Source: Eledone cirrhosa
Lineage: Eukaryota
NCBI GenBank assembly: GCA_964016885.1
Contig: OZ024741.1
Coordinates: 159,960,001-160,024,000 of the forward strand
Direction of reading: 5' to 3'
DNA: 64,000 nucleotides
The notes beneath the pieces were generated by a model. It saw only the letters and a program-made list of their open reading frames with translations, made no database searches and had not been told where the DNA came from. Shown one piece after another: positions 59,841 to 64,000 of this stretch (positions within the stretch are counted from its first letter, which is position 1; every line of letters starts with the position of its first letter). A program made the translations under genes and the position numbers.

Positions 59841-60393
59841 TTAATGTGCAATAAGAGCAAAATATAACGACATTGCTCAATTATTTTATCTAATGTTGTA
59901 ATAACACAAGGAAATGTTGTTTGTGTATTTTTTTTTATATTTGCTCATAGGCTTTTACAATTTCGCTCAGCCAACAACTATTAAAAAGTGAGTTGCTTAA
60001 GATAACAATTTAATCACAAATTGTTGCTATCTTTTAATACACTCCAACAAGTCATCAAATTATGTACAATAAAAACAAATCTTATTAATTTGCTCAGGGA
60101 ATATAAAGAAAATGTATATACACTGATAATTGCAATTGTATGTAAATATTTTGTTTTTGTATTGTTTATTTTATGTTTTCTATTATGTATAATATATTGA
60201 TTTAATATTGATTGTTTTTTGTAGTTGTTTATATTAAAAGTCTGAAAATATTTTTATACATCTTACACTAATATTTATAAGATAATTTATAATAACAATT
60301 ACATAATCTAATTACATTACAACGATAATTTATTATTAATATATATCCTGTTTAACTAGAGTTATTACAAGCGTTGCCTTAAAAAAATATTAA

Positions 60394-61350
60394 ACTAGAC
60401 ATGAAAAATGCGCAAGCTCAAAAGTGCCACAGAATGTTATAATAAACCTTCAAAAGTGTGGGACTAGAGTTGTTGCTAAAAAATATTGTAATCATTATAT
60501 ATCGTACATTCTGTGGCATCCTTTATAAAAATAGCTTAAACCAACGAAGCCTTTATTTTTACGCTATTTCACTTAGTTAATTCTTAGAGTGTAACATATA
60601 AAAATAAATACATCTATGTTTAATGTAATAACAGCTATAAATAATTACGTAATATTATTATCATATACTCATAGTAACAAAATAATTGTGTTGAAAATTA
60701 ATATGATGCTTATATGAACGATCAAATCTATAATGATAATTTCTTAAATATACTAATAGTAAAATAATTTAGTTATCTATTGTTACATTTTCATAGAACT
60801 ATAATATTAACAATCGTATTGCATTATCAAATTTTTATCACTACAAACTTTCATATTGGAATTACCTTAAGCCACTTATTATTACTTCGCTTTCGTACTT
60901 TTACAGCTGTAGATATTGCGCTGTATCTTATATCGAATATCAATATCTCATGGTAATTTGCATGCAGTGTAAAATAGGTTTATTAATAACTTTAATATGA
61001 AATGTATTATACAGGGCTGCGGAGTCGGCCAAAAATTGACTGGCTCCAACTCAGGATCCGATACTCCATTATTTCCTAAATTTCAGCTCCGCAGCTCTGT
61101 TATTATATTAATTAATTTATTTTATAGTTGTAAATCATATTTTTATATGTTACACTCTAAGAATTAACTAAGTGAAATAGCGTAAAAATAAAGGCTTCGT
61201 TGGTTTAAGCTATTTTTATAAAGGATGCCACAGAATGTACGATATATAATGATTACAATATTTTTTAGCAACAACTCTAGTCCCACACTTTTGAAGGTTT
61301 ATTATAACATTCTGTGGCACTTTTGAGCTTGCGCATTTTTCATGTCTAGT
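60394..61350. repeat. 213-bp inverted repeat (60394-60606 and 61138-61350) with ~530-bp spacer
   Basis: Arms appear identical by eye (ACTAGACATGAAAAATGCGCAAGC... / ...GCTTGCGCATTTTTCATGTCTAGT). The right arm abuts (TA)n. Confidence 0.9.
61012..61099. mobile_element. 88-bp hAT-like MITE
   Basis: TIRs CAGGGCTGCGGAG / CTCCGCAGCTCTG. 8-bp flanks GTATTATA and TTATTATA (7/8 match, TSD-like). Confidence 0.7.
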
Positions 61351-61360
61351 ATATATATAC

Positions 61361-61403
<43 letters not shown>

Positions 61404-61408
<5 letters not shown>

Positions 61409-61600
61409 GTTTCTACTTTTGGGACAAGGCCAGCAATTATCCCAGTGTATTACTGGTACTTTATTTTATCGACCCCGTAAGGATGAAAGGCAAAGTTAAC
61501 CTCTCGGCGGGATTTGAACTCAGACCGTAAAGGTCCGTAACTCTTTGCTGCAAAGCATGGCGTCCGACCCTCTATCGATACTGCCAATCCACCGCCCTTC
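61404..61600 (-). mobile_element. SINE (full length)
   Basis: Reverse complement of the family consensus. Confidence 0.85.
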
Positions 61601-61904
61601 TATATATATAATGACAGCGTCTCAGTTATGAGAATTGTCATCGTTTGACCTTTTCCTCATACATGGGTTGCACGGACAAGGCCATTTAGCCCTGCCAAGA
61701 ACTTAGCTTCCTTTCTTCATATGTTGCAACGAAAGAAAAAAAAAGACCATGCTTACATAACGCACATGAAAGATCAAGTGATGCCTATGCTTGGGCCTTT
61801 TTTTTTAAGAGAAGAAAAGTTTTGCACTGGACGAATCCCATTCTCTGAACGTCGGTGACCAGTATTCCATAAAACAGAAGGGGCTAATATCATTTGCTGT
61901 CATC

Positions 61905-62047
61905 AGGCTGCAGGTTTTAAATCAGAGTTTTCCTTCTTCTAGAAAGATGTCTTAACAGGAACTAGGAGTCTCTCACTCCCGATGAGCCAATGACGCACTC
62001 TGGTACCAAACATACACACACACAGACACACGCACACACACACACAT

Positions 62048-62095
<48 letters not shown>

Positions 62096-62096
62096 C

Positions 62097-62137
<41 letters not shown>

Positions 62138-62156
62138 GTGTGTGTGAGTGTGTGTG

Positions 62157-62194
<38 letters not shown>

Positions 62195-62378
62195 TGTGTG
62201 TGTGTGTGTCTGTGTGTGTGTGTGTGTGTGCGTGTGTCTGTGTGTGTGTATGTTTGGTGCCAGAGTGCGTCATTGGCTCATCGGGAGTGAGAGACTCCTA
62301 GTTCCTGTTAAGACATCTTTCTAGAAGAAGGAAAACTCTGATTTAAAACCTGCAGCCTTTTATTAATAGACACACAAA

Positions 62379-62452
<74 letters not shown>

Positions 62453-62476
62453 TGTGTTTGCAAGTGTGTGTGTGTG

Positions 62477-62554
<78 letters not shown>

Positions 62555-62569
62555 TGTGTCTATTAATAA
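61905..62569. repeat. Two adjacent fold-backs built around (CA)n/(TG)n
   Basis: 61905-62015 versus 62248-62358 (~110 bp unique arm, one mismatch seen), then TTATTAATAGACACAC...GTGTGTCTATTAATAA (62360-62569). Confidence 0.88.
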
Positions 62570-62589
62570 AATATAAAAATTATTCAAAA

Positions 62590-63240
62590 CCTAAAAAAGG
62601 TGTAAAATATCTTTTGCCAAAATCAACAGAAACAAATATTCCAAAAATTGTTCACCCTGTCACTTATCTTCCCACATCATACCAAATTCTCATTTCAATC
62701 TTAACTGAGACAACCTACAAATTTATAGATGAAAATCATATTTTCCCTATTAAACACATAAGGTTGTCGTCGTGGGTCTTACGGTTGCGAAGACAAACTT
62801 CTCATTAACCGCATGATTCGGGAAAACTATCATAAGAAGTATAGAAATGTGTGTAATGTTTGGATTGAGTATAAAAAAAAGCATTTGATAATGTTCCCCA
62901 TTTATAGATTTTTAAAACTTTGGATGTTCTGAAAATGCCCCCAGTAATATCAAACTTCCTGAAATACAATATGTCTCTATGGAATACAAATCTATCACTG
63001 TCACACAGTGATGGAATTATAAATTCCAGCAACATAGGCATTAACCGAGGTATGTTTCAAATATCTCCTTGATATTTTACATTACACTCACACCGCTGTC
63101 ATTAGTGGTCAACAAAACAAAATATGGCTTCAAAATAGACAGCAAAACCATAAATAAATTGCTGGATGACTTAAAACTGTATGCCAAAAATCACAAGGAA
63201 TTGGAAGGATTATTGAAGACAGTTAAGGTGTTCAGCAAGA
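62590..63240 (+). mobile_element. Decayed R4/Dong-like RT fragment
   Basis: P.T.LPT.Y.IL, WIEYKKAFDNVPH (frameshifted), RG.FQ, LLDDLKLYAKNHKELEGLLKTVKVFS. Confidence 0.7.
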
Positions 63241-63244
63241 GGGG

Positions 63245-64000
63245 GTAATCTTAGCGGACCAATCTCATGATGTTCAACAGTTCCAAAAAGTAACCGTTCA
63301 TTCTAACCACAGAGCAGATGTTACTGAGCATTGCAGCGATCCAGCCTCTGAAAACGGGCCCGAAGCCGACTGCTTTGAAGACTATTCCAAGTAGCGATGG
63401 TCAACCATATCAAAGCTTTCGATTGATCTAAGTTGATCAGGGCCCCACACGTGCCAAGTTCCTTACCCATCCTCTTTATGATGTATCACATATAGTGGAG
63501 GCTGTCGTGAACAGATCTTTTCGGAATGGCAAATGTCTGTGCCTCACCTACTAGACCACTAACGACAAGCACCAACCTCGTCGCTAACACCTTGGCTAAA
63601 ATTTTGAACTCTGCAGTTAGCAAAGTTATAGGCCTACAATTGATAATATAGTTTCCTTTGTTCGGAACCTATCTCAGCAGTGCAAGCGCCCCTTGGCTCA
63701 CAAAACTGGGAATCCTCCCGTTCTGTTGTCAGTTGGCATAGACGTCCGCTAAGATGTTGCCGCACAAGTCTGGCATGTTTGCGTAAAGCTCGTAGGGTAG
63801 ACCATCCGAGCCAGATGACTTTCCCCTCGTGCAGCTAGCCATCACGACTCATATTTCATGTTACCGGCTTTTCGCAACACCCCGCTTCCATCACCGAGTT
63901 CTGCGACAGCCCGTCAATGTAGGTAGTGAAGCTCACCGACGCTCTCGAACAGTCGAGAAAAGTATCACTGAAAAACCCGTACACATCTGTTTGGTTACCA
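63245..64000 (-). mobile_element. Decayed Tx1 ORF2 fragment running off the window
   Basis: Homologous to 9420-10210: GKSSGSDGLPYELYA, RPITLLTAEFKILAKVLA, INLDQSKA. Confidence 0.85.

Overview
Eukaryotic, AT-rich, repeat-saturated DNA with no recognisable host gene. The SINE family and dense (TA)n/(CA)n/(AAT)n/(ATCT)n tracts suggest an octopod mollusc (inference from recalled SINE sequence). Contents: (i) at least eight Tx1-clade LINE pieces, two of them near full length, falling into two groups by flanking microsatellite ((ATT)n and (CTAT)n); (ii) a tandem array and further copies of R4/Dong-like restriction-like-endonuclease LINEs in (AAT)n; (iii) decayed RTE, CR1, pogo, hAT and Helitron remnants and about 10 tRNA-type SINE copies; (iv) many short elements abutting (TA)n that carry minimal hammerhead-ribozyme motifs and fold-back inverted repeats, probably Penelope-like termini, plus a Penelope GIY-YIG fragment; (v) a near-intact, intronless ~6.7-kb Helitron2/Helentron-type Rep-helicase ORF (50344-57061) whose C-terminus is a USP/C19 ubiquitin-protease domain rather than the usual AP endonuclease. 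That fusion is the most notable item. All coordinates were read by eye and element edges are approximate.
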